Assembly: GCA_000004985.1 (NCBI GenBank)
Contig: GG738934.1
Reading direction: 5' to 3' (one strand)
DNA: 64,000 nt
Origin: Naegleria gruberi
Lineage: Eukaryota
The notes beneath the pieces are model-generated. The model ran no database searches. It had not been told where the DNA came from and saw nothing but the letters and a program-made list of their open reading frames with translations. Below are positions 54,067-64,000 of the stretch, one piece after another. A program made the position numbers and the translations under genes. Position 1 is the stretch's first letter. Every line of letters begins with the position of its first letter.

Positions 54067-56223
54067 TTATGTATTTTGAAAGTATTCTTTAAGGATGAGA
54101 ATTTTAGATAAAATCTTATTGTTCTTAATCCTCTTTTTTAGGAAGGATGAAGAAAAGGTGATTGCAAATTTCCACAAACAGCTCGAATATTCTGATTGAT
54201 CAAAATCCAAAAGATTAATCATTTCCAAAATTAATTCCAATTCTTGCTTGTTTCCGTTCGAATTCATTACACACAATATTGCATAATGAAAGAGTTTTTC
54301 CATTTGGAAATGGTGAGCAGTTATGATGACAGAAACAAGTTCTGTAATTGTGAAATTCTCCATTGACATAATTATTTCTGGATTCAAAGAGCATACCAGA
54401 ATTATAAATCTTAAATGCTCGGTCATGTTGATATGTTGGTAAAACATGTCTGTTGAATTTTCTATCAGCATTTTCTGGAATTCGAATAAATCAATCAAAG
54501 GTTCATTTTCATCATTTTGAGAGATTAAGTGAGCAAATACTGGACTCGCCAATATTAATGATATTTTGTTAACTTTTAAAAGTTCAGTTTTTTCATGGTT
54601 AATAATTATCGAAACACTATGCTTTCTATCCAAATTTTCCAAGTATTCCTTATAAAGCAAGTTCAATGACTTTTCATTTGCTGTTTCGGTCCAATTAATG
54701 TCGTATATTTGAGATTTCTTTAATTTCTTTGAATTAATTATTTTTCTGATTGTACTCATCATATTTTTATCTTGGCATTTGACAGAATTTAAATTTTCTG
54801 AAGTGAAGGCAAGACATCTTCCCATCATTAAATTAATCAATTTACCATTAGGATAAAATTTTAACCATTTTGAAATAATTTCGATCATGATGCATACATT
54901 ATCTTCATTTAACTCTTCAACGAATAGTGAAAATAAATATTGTTTTAGAGATAGGCCAATATCTGAAATATTACCAAGTAATGCTAGTGCTGTTATGATA
55001 TTCTTAATAAGAGATTCTTTTAACATGTATTTGAATCGTTCCAATATATTTACAACGTTAGAATGTTCAAGATATTCATCACTATTCGAATTTGGGTATT
55101 GTGATAATTTGCATATGAGAATTATGAGTTCCTTAAAAATTATTATACTTTCTTCATCCAAATTGTCCAATAAATTGGTTTCACTAATCAAATTACTCAA
55201 ATCCCCAGTTATTAATTTGAGAAATTCCAAATTTACAAATAAATCAGTTGATCCCACTTGTGTGAAGTATTTCAATAATTTGTTTCTATCATCAATAATA
55301 GATTTTCCACAAATTATTGTTTCGGATATCATCTCTTTTGTATAGTTTCCAATTTCTTTGCTTGCTTTATGGTGTCGTATCAGAAAGCCAGTACTTAATC
55401 CAATAAGGTCAATTGAATCTCCTTCATCCCACTCAAATGGCAATTTTACAACATTTTCATTCGCCTTGCTGAAACTCAAATGACCGAATTTATCTTTACA
55501 AAATTCCAGAATTCTCCTTTTCGATGTTTTCAATAGCACAGAGTTGGTGCTCACTACAAAGTCATCAATTTTTTCTTGATTCTGCAAGCAAATTATCTCC
55601 TCTTCGTATCTGAATAGTTTCATTTCACCATCATACGTCAAAATAAGTAGAAATCGATTATTTAATAATTCTACCTTTTTAAAAGTATTCCAATGATATC
55701 TATACAAATCCAATGGGTGTAGGTACCCTCTTTCAATAATAGAATCCAATATTTTTTTCACTTTCGAATAACAATGTAATTCGGACACTGTATTTTTCAC
55801 ATCAAGTACTTTTTCTCGAGTATCCATCATGAAAATTCTTCCATTTCTTGTATGAAAATAAATGTTACATTCTCCAACATTATCCATTCGAATATCTACA
55901 ATTTCATCATCATCCTCCTTGTCTTTCAAAGATTTAACATTTGGCAATTTCGAATAACCCTTCACAACTAAACACCTTTCCGAATAAACAACAAAAGCGA
56001 AACCAGTCCTATCCAACATGGCAATGATCATTTCTCTACCAATAATTTTTACTAAATTATTGGGAAAATATTCAAGCAAGCCAACACACTCATGATTGAA
56101 TATTTTTGAATCACAAGAAGCCCATTGCGGTGGGAAGAATGTGGTGCCTCTGTAATAATATTCGTGCATTTTTTTTGGAATTTTTATCATGTCCAACAAA
56201 CTACAACTGGCAGGGGGGAACAA
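54067..56223 (-). CDS. Hypothetical 718-aa protein, largely alpha-helical repeat-like. Unknown function.
   Basis: Long uninterrupted ORF. The stop lies only 18 nt upstream of the F-box/LRR gene's ATG. No family recognised. Confidence 0.55.
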   Translation of the reverse strand: MFPPASCSLLDMIKIPKKMHEYYYRGTTFFPPQWASCDSKIFNHECVGLLEYFPNNLVKIIGREMIIAMLDRTGFAFVVYSERCLVVKGYSKLPNVKSLKDKEDDDEIVDIRMDNVGECNIYFHTRNGRIFMMDTREKVLDVKNTVSELHCYSKVKKILDSIIERGYLHPLDLYRYHWNTFKKVELLNNRFLLILTYDGEMKLFRYEEEIICLQNQEKIDDFVVSTNSVLLKTSKRRILEFCKDKFGHLSFSKANENVVKLPFEWDEGDSIDLIGLSTGFLIRHHKASKEIGNYTKEMISETIICGKSIIDDRNKLLKYFTQVGSTDLFVNLEFLKLITGDLSNLISETNLLDNLDEESIIIFKELIILICKLSQYPNSNSDEYLEHSNVVNILERFKYMLKESLIKNIITALALLGNISDIGLSLKQYLFSLFVEELNEDNVCIMIEIISKWLKFYPNGKLINLMMGRCLAFTSENLNSVKCQDKNMMSTIRKIINSKKLKKSQIYDINWTETANEKSLNLLYKEYLENLDRKHSVSIIINHEKTELLKVNKISLILASPVFAHLISQNDENEPLIDLFEFQKMLIENSTDMFYQHINMTEHLRFIILVCSLNPEIIMSMENFTITELVSVIITAHHFQMEKLFHYAILCVMNSNGNKQELELILEMINLLDFDQSEYSSCLWKFAITFSSSFLKKRIKNNKILSKILILKEYFQNT

Positions 56224-56733
56224 TGTTGATGTCCGCGTGTTACTGAAAAATAAAATAAATAAAATTATGGGTCAAAAAACTACTAACTACCAGCTGATTT
56301 TAAAAAATATTACTTACCCTCTTTTTTGGTTGATAAAAGTAGTCATCGAATACTTTGGTATTATTTACAATAGTGGTATTGTTACATTTAATATAGATTC
56401 AGGATATTATACAAGCCATCATCTTGTAGTTACACTCACTTTTTTGAACAATTTTAATGGTTATTAATGTAGTACAAAAGAGGAGTGTAGTTGTTAATTT
56501 TTATGGAGAGGATTTTTGACTTGATGTTGACAATTAAGATTAAAATCATTGTAACGTAATAAATATATATTTTAAAGATACCATTGTATGTAATAATGAT
56601 CTAAATCACTGTTAGATAGTATTCTGAAAATTTAATCCAATGGATGTTCTTACATAACAAGTTATAAGGTATTAAGCGAATACTATATTTGGTTTAAAAT
56701 AAATCTGAAGGCGCCATTGAAAATTTTATTAAG

Positions 56734-57941
56734 CTATTTTGATCTAGTGATTATCTTGTCAAATGAGCCATCTTTCATCTCCTTTCCATTAGAATCAACC
56801 ATTATAAATGATTTTTTCAAATCCTTAATAAGGTTGAAATGATTTTGAATGTTTCGAATAACATTTTCTTTACCAAATACATGCTCCAATATTTCTTTCA
56901 AAGCAAAAACATCTGCAGCTGCTGTATGTTGATTTTCAATCGATTGTTTAAATAATTGCTGATAAATATTTCCTAACTTGCATTGATTTTTCCCCAGTTT
57001 CAATGTTTTCTTCAAAATTGGGATTGTATCTAAGAAAATAAGGCGACTATTTTTCATTCCATCAGTAATCTTGGAATTGTTGATTCTCCAATGATTAAAT
57101 GCTCGATGTAGAACACTCTTATCGAATGGTGCATTATGAGCAAGAATTAATGATTTCTTTGGTAAAAAATCAATAATTAATTTCACTGCTTCCATTTCCT
57201 TGGTTCCATTTTGCACTAATTGATTAGTAATTCCTGTTAATATTTCAGCATCTCACGAGAGATTTTCACTCTAGGTAAAATATATTTTGGAAAGGATAAA
57301 GTTTCGTTAGTGGAGATATTGTAAATACAGCAATCTGTTGGTGCTCTTGTTTGAAGATCAGTTGTTTCAAAATCTAAAATCAGTACATCATATTCCTCAA
57401 TTGGTTCAATTAGATTACATTTGAATTGATGAGTTGTGCATCCACCATTATTAAGACAGCATTGTCTACATGATTTACAGGAAGCTTTTACAGCTTTTCT
57501 TCCCTTTCCACATTTACAAATTTGAGTTTTTGAATTGGATTTGGTTACTTTCTTAGGAGATGTGACTGAAATTGTTATATTTTGAGTGTTATTATTTTGA
57601 GATGGCTCTACACTATCAGATTCAATCATTATTTCATCTTCTTTTGGAGTCAATTTGAATTTTTCCAATCTGATTTTTCTTTTGAGCTCTTGATGAAGGG
57701 CATTAGTTAAATAGCATGAATTGACCATACAATCTGCTACTACTTTTGCCTTATCTGTAGAGCAATCATGTTTTGTTCGAAGGTGATTCAATAAATTCTT
57801 TCCAACTGCATAATTCTTTTGACATAAAGGACAAACTATTTGATCATTCTTATTACCAACCACATCTGTATCTTTTCTTAATGGAATTGAATCTTGTTTT
57901 ACATTAATAGTCTTAATTTTGGATTTCACAGTATCAATCAC
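56734..57941 (-). pseudogene. C2H2 zinc-finger / Cys-rich / DEDDh 3'-5' exonuclease gene disrupted by a frameshift between exonuclease motifs I and II.
   Basis: ORF 57941..57237 contains CPLCQKNYAVGKNLLNHLRTKH (C2H2), a Cys-rich block CKCGKGRKAVKASCKSCRQCCLNNGGC, and Exo I VLILDFETTDL. It then terminates. The downstream ORF 57216..56734 is in the -1 frame. It carries Exo II ..LILAHNAPFDKSVL.. and Exo III ..HTAAADVFAL... The 20 nt between them (TAA CAG GAA TTA CTA ATC AAT TAG) has no intron signal. Confidence 0.6.
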
Positions 57942-59620
57942 ATCTTTCGGAATATTAATGGTCTGTACATAATTGTCTGGTAATGGAGGAATGTCATCAA
58001 ATTCAATATTAAGTCTGGCATAATGTTCAGAAATTTTGAATTTTGGTAATGAAAATATTCGAGCAGATTCTGAAATATGGTGAGGGTAATATCTATCCTA
58101 ATAATCTAGCCAGCGATGGATTTTTAAATTTTCGTCAGATTAAATCAGATAAAAGTAGATTCGAGCAGATAAATATCCGACTTTATTCAGTTTTAATTGA
58201 ATAAATCCAGATAAATCCTATTATTGATTAGAAATATACCATTCATCATCTTCTGAATCTTGGTAAACTTCTACCCTTTCAAATGATTCAAAATTTTCAT
58301 ATAGCCAGTGAAATTGGTTGCTGACATCAATTAGTTTACCTCCTTTACCTTTCATAAAGGTTCACAAATAAAATGCTTGTGGGGCTTCATTAATTGAAAT
58401 CCTTCTTTGAAATACAGCTTTCTTTCCAACTATTGTAACCATTTGGTGAATAATATGGTAATAAGTTTGTTTTCTATCTTTTTTAATGATGCATTCACCT
58501 AGTTCAATATAACCATTAATTTCAGATTCTATAACTCCAATACACGTTGACTTGATTGTCGTGATGTGTCTGAAACTTTATATCTTGTAGATATAAATCT
58601 CTTTTGCCTATTGGCATCCTGTTTTGATTTTTCAATATTAAAAAAATTATTAACCACTTTGTGGATTTTCATTTCATATTCAGAATCAGCTGATAAATTG
58701 AAATATGCACCTGTCTGTGAAGAGGTTTTCCTTATTTTCTTTTCTAGGCATATTTCTTCATTCTCAAATATTAATTGTGTATCCTTTTCAATCTTATAAA
58801 ATTGATTCTTTTCAATCTCTGAAAATTTTGTAAACTTGTAATCTTCATTCCAAAGTGAATATCCACAAAATGAATTACAACATGTTGATAATAACTTGAT
58901 GAGAGAAATATCTTTAAATTCCGAATCCAATTTTTTGTAAAGAGTTGTTGTTTTTTCAAATTCTTCTGTAATGATGAAGTGAATATGTTTTGATGATGGA
59001 AAATTATCAAACACCTCTAAATCTGATATAGTTAAAGGTGTATCATCAAAAATGGCATTATATTTTGAAGGTTTGGTGTTTTGGAAGCATGTTTCACTTA
59101 ATTGTTCTTCTATTAATTGAGAAACAACTCTGATAAACTCTTTATAATTTAAATTCCGCTTGTTTCCATAAAATCCTCTGGCTTCACTAAATAAATTCTC
59201 TAAATAATATTCTTGCAGCTTAAAAGGAAGCAATCTAGTATTTGAATTTCTACACTTGTCCATAAGTAATGTTAATCCTATCACTTGTTGAAAAACAGCA
59301 TTTAGTGTCTCAGTTGACCAAGAGTGATCAGGAATTCTATAAACGTGTCTTTGGGTTCCATCTTCATCTTCTTCAGTAAGAGTTCTAACTTTGTAGTTTT
59401 GAAATAAAAAGAAAAAGAATGATCTCCATCCATATCTCAATCTTTGGTGGTGAGTTAATTTTTTTTGTTGAATGGATCTTGTTAAATATCCAATATGATT
59501 CAAAACATAATACACAGCACTGGCATTTTGTTCTAATAAATTCAAAACTGCATCACTAATGAGAAAATTAGCTCTGGAATGATTTTTTTCGTTATCTAAA
59601 AATCCAGAAGGAAATGTCAA
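57942..59620 (-). pseudogene. Decayed coding region upstream of, and probably belonging to the same former gene as, the exonuclease locus. There is an intact 363-aa ORF at 59620..58529, then about 590 nt with multiple in-frame stops and frameshifts.
   Basis: Minus-strand translation of 58528..57942 stays protein-like but is interrupted by several stops. The last segment is in frame with MIDTVKSKIK of the zinc-finger ORF. Short cagataaa repeats occur at 58140-58210. Confidence 0.4.
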
Positions 59621-59804
59621 CTCTAGGTATTGACTTCTATTAAAATAGAGATCCCAAATATCTTGAATAATGCATGGTGTTGTACCAATTGATATTAATC
59701 TGCGCTCTTAAAACATCATTATTTATAAGACTTCATATACATCAATATATATCATTAGATAGGAAATGCTCACGGCTACATGATGATATATAATTTTAAT
59801 ATGT

Positions 59805-59827
59805 GTTGGGTTTGGGTTTGGGTATGG
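59805..59827 (+). repeat. Interstitial telomere-like repeat (GTTGGGTTTGGGTTTGGGTATGG)
   Basis: About three units of the same GGGTTT hexamer that forms the terminal array. It lies about 210 bp before the large gap. Confidence 0.7.
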
Positions 59828-60037
59828 CGAAAACCTATTCTCATAAAATGAACCACTAATATTGGCTATCCAGTTATTATATATGTATTACTATATAAAA
59901 TAATCTATCTATTCTGTAATACACGTGAAAAAACTCCCCGTAGTTATTGAGATAATCAAAAATGGTCAACTCAAAAATTCCTAGTATATCTATTATCTCT
60001 GCGACGAGAACGTTCCGGGTTATGATCACTCAAAATC

Positions 60038-62974
60038 NNNNNNNNNNNNNNNNNNNNNNNNNNNNNNNNNNNNNNNNNNNNNNNNNNNNNNNNNNNNNNN
60101 NNNNNNNNNNNNNNNNNNNNNNNNNNNNNNNNNNNNNNNNNNNNNNNNNNNNNNNNNNNNNNNNNNNNNNNNNNNNNNNNNNNNNNNNNNNNNNNNNNNN
60201 NNNNNNNNNNNNNNNNNNNNNNNNNNNNNNNNNNNNNNNNNNNNNNNNNNNNNNNNNNNNNNNNNNNNNNNNNNNNNNNNNNNNNNNNNNNNNNNNNNNN
60301 NNNNNNNNNNNNNNNNNNNNNNNNNNNNNNNNNNNNNNNNNNNNNNNNNNNNNNNNNNNNNNNNNNNNNNNNNNNNNNNNNNNNNNNNNNNNNNNNNNNN
60401 NNNNNNNNNNNNNNNNNNNNNNNNNNNNNNNNNNNNNNNNNNNNNNNNNNNNNNNNNNNNNNNNNNNNNNNNNNNNNNNNNNNNNNNNNNNNNNNNNNNN
60501 NNNNNNNNNNNNNNNNNNNNNNNNNNNNNNNNNNNNNNNNNNNNNNNNNNNNNNNNNNNNNNNNNNNNNNNNNNNNNNNNNNNNNNNNNNNNNNNNNNNN
60601 NNNNNNNNNNNNNNNNNNNNNNNNNNNNNNNNNNNNNNNNNNNNNNNNNNNNNNNNNNNNNNNNNNNNNNNNNNNNNNNNNNNNNNNNNNNNNNNNNNNN
60701 NNNNNNNNNNNNNNNNNNNNNNNNNNNNNNNNNNNNNNNNNNNNNNNNNNNNNNNNNNNNNNNNNNNNNNNNNNNNNNNNNNNNNNNNNNNNNNNNNNNN
60801 NNNNNNNNNNNNNNNNNNNNNNNNNNNNNNNNNNNNNNNNNNNNNNNNNNNNNNNNNNNNNNNNNNNNNNNNNNNNNNNNNNNNNNNNNNNNNNNNNNNN
60901 NNNNNNNNNNNNNNNNNNNNNNNNNNNNNNNNNNNNNNNNNNNNNNNNNNNNNNNNNNNNNNNNNNNNNNNNNNNNNNNNNNNNNNNNNNNNNNNNNNNN
61001 NNNNNNNNNNNNNNNNNNNNNNNNNNNNNNNNNNNNNNNNNNNNNNNNNNNNNNNNNNNNNNNNNNNNNNNNNNNNNNNNNNNNNNNNNNNNNNNNNNNN
61101 NNNNNNNNNNNNNNNNNNNNNNNNNNNNNNNNNNNNNNNNNNNNNNNNNNNNNNNNNNNNNNNNNNNNNNNNNNNNNNNNNNNNNNNNNNNNNNNNNNNN
61201 NNNNNNNNNNNNNNNNNNNNNNNNNNNNNNNNNNNNNNNNNNNNNNNNNNNNNNNNNNNNNNNNNNNNNNNNNNNNNNNNNNNNNNNNNNNNNNNNNNNN
61301 NNNNNNNNNNNNNNNNNNNNNNNNNNNNNNNNNNNNNNNNNNNNNNNNNNNNNNNNNNNNNNNNNNNNNNNNNNNNNNNNNNNNNNNNNNNNNNNNNNNN
61401 NNNNNNNNNNNNNNNNNNNNNNNNNNNNNNNNNNNNNNNNNNNNNNNNNNNNNNNNNNNNNNNNNNNNNNNNNNNNNNNNNNNNNNNNNNNNNNNNNNNN
61501 NNNNNNNNNNNNNNNNNNNNNNNNNNNNNNNNNNNNNNNNNNNNNNNNNNNNNNNNNNNNNNNNNNNNNNNNNNNNNNNNNNNNNNNNNNNNNNNNNNNN
61601 NNNNNNNNNNNNNNNNNNNNNNNNNNNNNNNNNNNNNNNNNNNNNNNNNNNNNNNNNNNNNNNNNNNNNNNNNNNNNNNNNNNNNNNNNNNNNNNNNNNN
61701 NNNNNNNNNNNNNNNNNNNNNNNNNNNNNNNNNNNNNNNNNNNNNNNNNNNNNNNNNNNNNNNNNNNNNNNNNNNNNNNNNNNNNNNNNNNNNNNNNNNN
61801 NNNNNNNNNNNNNNNNNNNNNNNNNNNNNNNNNNNNNNNNNNNNNNNNNNNNNNNNNNNNNNNNNNNNNNNNNNNNNNNNNNNNNNNNNNNNNNNNNNNN
61901 NNNNNNNNNNNNNNNNNNNNNNNNNNNNNNNNNNNNNNNNNNNNNNNNNNNNNNNNNNNNNNNNNNNNNNNNNNNNNNNNNNNNNNNNNNNNNNNNNNNN
62001 NNNNNNNNNNNNNNNNNNNNNNNNNNNNNNNNNNNNNNNNNNNNNNNNNNNNNNNNNNNNNNNNNNNNNNNNNNNNNNNNNNNNNNNNNNNNNNNNNNNN
62101 NNNNNNNNNNNNNNNNNNNNNNNNNNNNNNNNNNNNNNNNNNNNNNNNNNNNNNNNNNNNNNNNNNNNNNNNNNNNNNNNNNNNNNNNNNNNNNNNNNNN
62201 NNNNNNNNNNNNNNNNNNNNNNNNNNNNNNNNNNNNNNNNNNNNNNNNNNNNNNNNNNNNNNNNNNNNNNNNNNNNNNNNNNNNNNNNNNNNNNNNNNNN
62301 NNNNNNNNNNNNNNNNNNNNNNNNNNNNNNNNNNNNNNNNNNNNNNNNNNNNNNNNNNNNNNNNNNNNNNNNNNNNNNNNNNNNNNNNNNNNNNNNNNNN
62401 NNNNNNNNNNNNNNNNNNNNNNNNNNNNNNNNNNNNNNNNNNNNNNNNNNNNNNNNNNNNNNNNNNNNNNNNNNNNNNNNNNNNNNNNNNNNNNNNNNNN
62501 NNNNNNNNNNNNNNNNNNNNNNNNNNNNNNNNNNNNNNNNNNNNNNNNNNNNNNNNNNNNNNNNNNNNNNNNNNNNNNNNNNNNNNNNNNNNNNNNNNNN
62601 NNNNNNNNNNNNNNNNNNNNNNNNNNNNNNNNNNNNNNNNNNNNNNNNNNNNNNNNNNNNNNNNNNNNNNNNNNNNNNNNNNNNNNNNNNNNNNNNNNNN
62701 NNNNNNNNNNNNNNNNNNNNNNNNNNNNNNNNNNNNNNNNNNNNNNNNNNNNNNNNNNNNNNNNNNNNNNNNNNNNNNNNNNNNNNNNNNNNNNNNNNNN
62801 NNNNNNNNNNNNNNNNNNNNNNNNNNNNNNNNNNNNNNNNNNNNNNNNNNNNNNNNNNNNNNNNNNNNNNNNNNNNNNNNNNNNNNNNNNNNNNNNNNNN
62901 NNNNNNNNNNNNNNNNNNNNNNNNNNNNNNNNNNNNNNNNNNNNNNNNNNNNNNNNNNNNNNNNNNNNNNNNNN
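60038..62974. other. 2937-N assembly gap in the subtelomere
   Basis: Continuous N run. ORFs reported across it are artifacts. Confidence 0.99.
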
Positions 62975-63775
62975 CAATGGTATCAACAGTTATATGATTC
63001 ATGATAGTTTAAAATTGCGTTGGTCATCTAAGGATAGGTCATTAAGGTTTGAATGAATTGATATGAAATTCAATACCAATTATTGATATACCATGATTTA
63101 TTGATCTATATATGATATTATAATTGAAATATTTTAAAATTAATATCATTTGACTATTTTGACATTCATAATTCTCATGATTACACTCCTGACATGTTGG
63201 ATGATTTCATATTGTCTTGAAACTGATATACTAGTGTTTGTACACCACTAGTAAGGTACTGTATCAGTTTCATGATGATCTGTATAGTGGATGTAATTGT
63301 CACATCCCTGTAGGTGTCAAGTAGATCAGCCAAGTACCATGTATGATATGGATGATCTTCAAAATCAAATAGATATATTTAATTATCATGTATAGATGTA
63401 TTAGAAGTGAATTGAAGTGGAAAAGATTTCTATCTTCAGTGTTAGTATAGGTCAGTTGACAAGTTGAATAGTAAACATCCTGAAATGATACCAAAGTATT
63501 TGAAATTGATATATATTGTTATTAACATGATTTAAAAGGTGATATATTGATTTGAAATGATTTTGAAATGTTTTCATTGATATTCTAATTGTCTAATCTA
63601 TTATATGAAATTAACTTATATAAGTCATTATAATGATGTAATATTATGTTATATTATGATTATATATTCAATTTGGAGTATATTGATATATAATATATTG
63701 ATTTATAATGAGTATTTATTGAGATAATTAATTAAGAAGAATAAAAGTCAAAAGGTTGGGTCTGACCTTAGTCGT
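62975..63775. repeat. AT-rich, gene-free telomere-associated sequence with short local direct repeats
   Basis: No credible ORF. Repeated motifs such as tatgatatggatgatc, atatattgat and ttatgttatattatgattatat. It ends in the degenerate telomere-like ggttgggtctgacc just before the array. Confidence 0.6.
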
Positions 63776-64000
63776 GGGTTTGGGTTTGGGTTTGGGTTTG
63801 GGTTTGGGTTTGGGTTTGGGTTTGGGTTTGGGTTTGGGTTTGGGTTTGGGTTTGGGTTTGGGTTTGGGTTTGGGTTTGGGTTTGGGTTTGGGTTTGGGTT
63901 TGGGTTTGGGTTTGGGTTTGGGTTTGGGTTTGGGTTTGGGTTTGGGTTTGGGTTTGGGTTTGGGTTTGGGTTTGGGTTTGGGTTTGGGTTTGGGTTTGGG
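63776..64000 (+). repeat. Telomeric repeat array (GGGTTT)n = (TTTGGG)n. The G-rich strand runs 5'->3' toward the window end, so this is the chromosome terminus.
   Basis: About 37 perfect tandem hexamers continuing to the last base of the window. Confidence 0.9.

Noticed and set aside
59962-63002. Three about 1000-aa ORFs (+59962..62997, -60026..62986, -60030..63002) in the ORF track
   Set aside because: They consist almost entirely of X translated from the 2937-N gap. They are artifacts of the gap, not genes.
63300-63494. 64-aa minus-strand ORF in the subtelomeric AT-rich region
   Set aside because: The composition is dominated by I/Y/L from AT-rich repeats. There is no coding signal, and the region is telomere-associated sequence.
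1-64000. CRISPR arrays, rRNA genes and prokaryotic operon structures
   Set aside because: None seen. Spliceosomal introns, telomere repeats and domain repertoire show this is eukaryotic nuclear DNA. The only tandem arrays are the telomeric hexamer and low-complexity coding repeats.

Overview
The window is AT-rich eukaryotic nuclear DNA. Genes are closely spaced, and introns are short and AT-rich with GTAAGT/GTATGT donors and (T)TAG acceptors. The coding sequence contains Asn/Thr/Ser/His homopolymer tracts. Stops are standard TAA/TAG/TGA and terminate the ORFs, so this is not a ciliate code. The overall style is consistent with a dictyostelid-like amoebozoan, but I do not assert a species. The window runs into a chromosome end. 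The final ~225 nt are a perfect (GGGTTT)n array with the G strand running 5'->3' toward the window end. Upstream of it lie an AT-rich gene-free stretch, a 2.9 kb assembly gap, a short interstitial telomere-like repeat and a decayed exonuclease/zinc-finger gene. About 33 protein-coding loci can be supported. They include a serine carboxypeptidase, a MACPF-like secreted protein, a pseudokinase-kinase, a DUF924 protein, an NHL-repeat protein, LRR and F-box/LRR proteins and two tandem alpha/beta-hydrolase paralogs. They also include an LZTR1-like Kelch-BTB-BTB protein, an EF-Tu-family GTPase, L-2-hydroxyglutarate dehydrogenase, a UBC12-like E2, a long ankyrin-repeat protein, an NDUFA4-like protein, a CUE-domain protein and a secreted hydrolase. 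Three tRNA loci are present: two inverted tRNA-Gly(GCC) copies, each with a different lesion, and one intron-containing tRNA. The most notable region is a signalling neighbourhood at 28.5-50.5 kb. It holds a bacterial-style 2TM-sensor/HAMP/PAS receptor fused to an RGS domain and a PH-PAS-RGS gene. Above all it holds a head-to-head pair of multi-TM PAS-containing class III cyclase genes. The catalytic residues of the two genes are degenerate in a complementary C1-like/C2-like pattern, and one gene also carries an RGS domain. This predicts an obligate heterodimeric adenylyl cyclase encoded as two divergently transcribed receptor subunits. All product calls are from motif recognition by eye on the six-frame translations. 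No database search was run.
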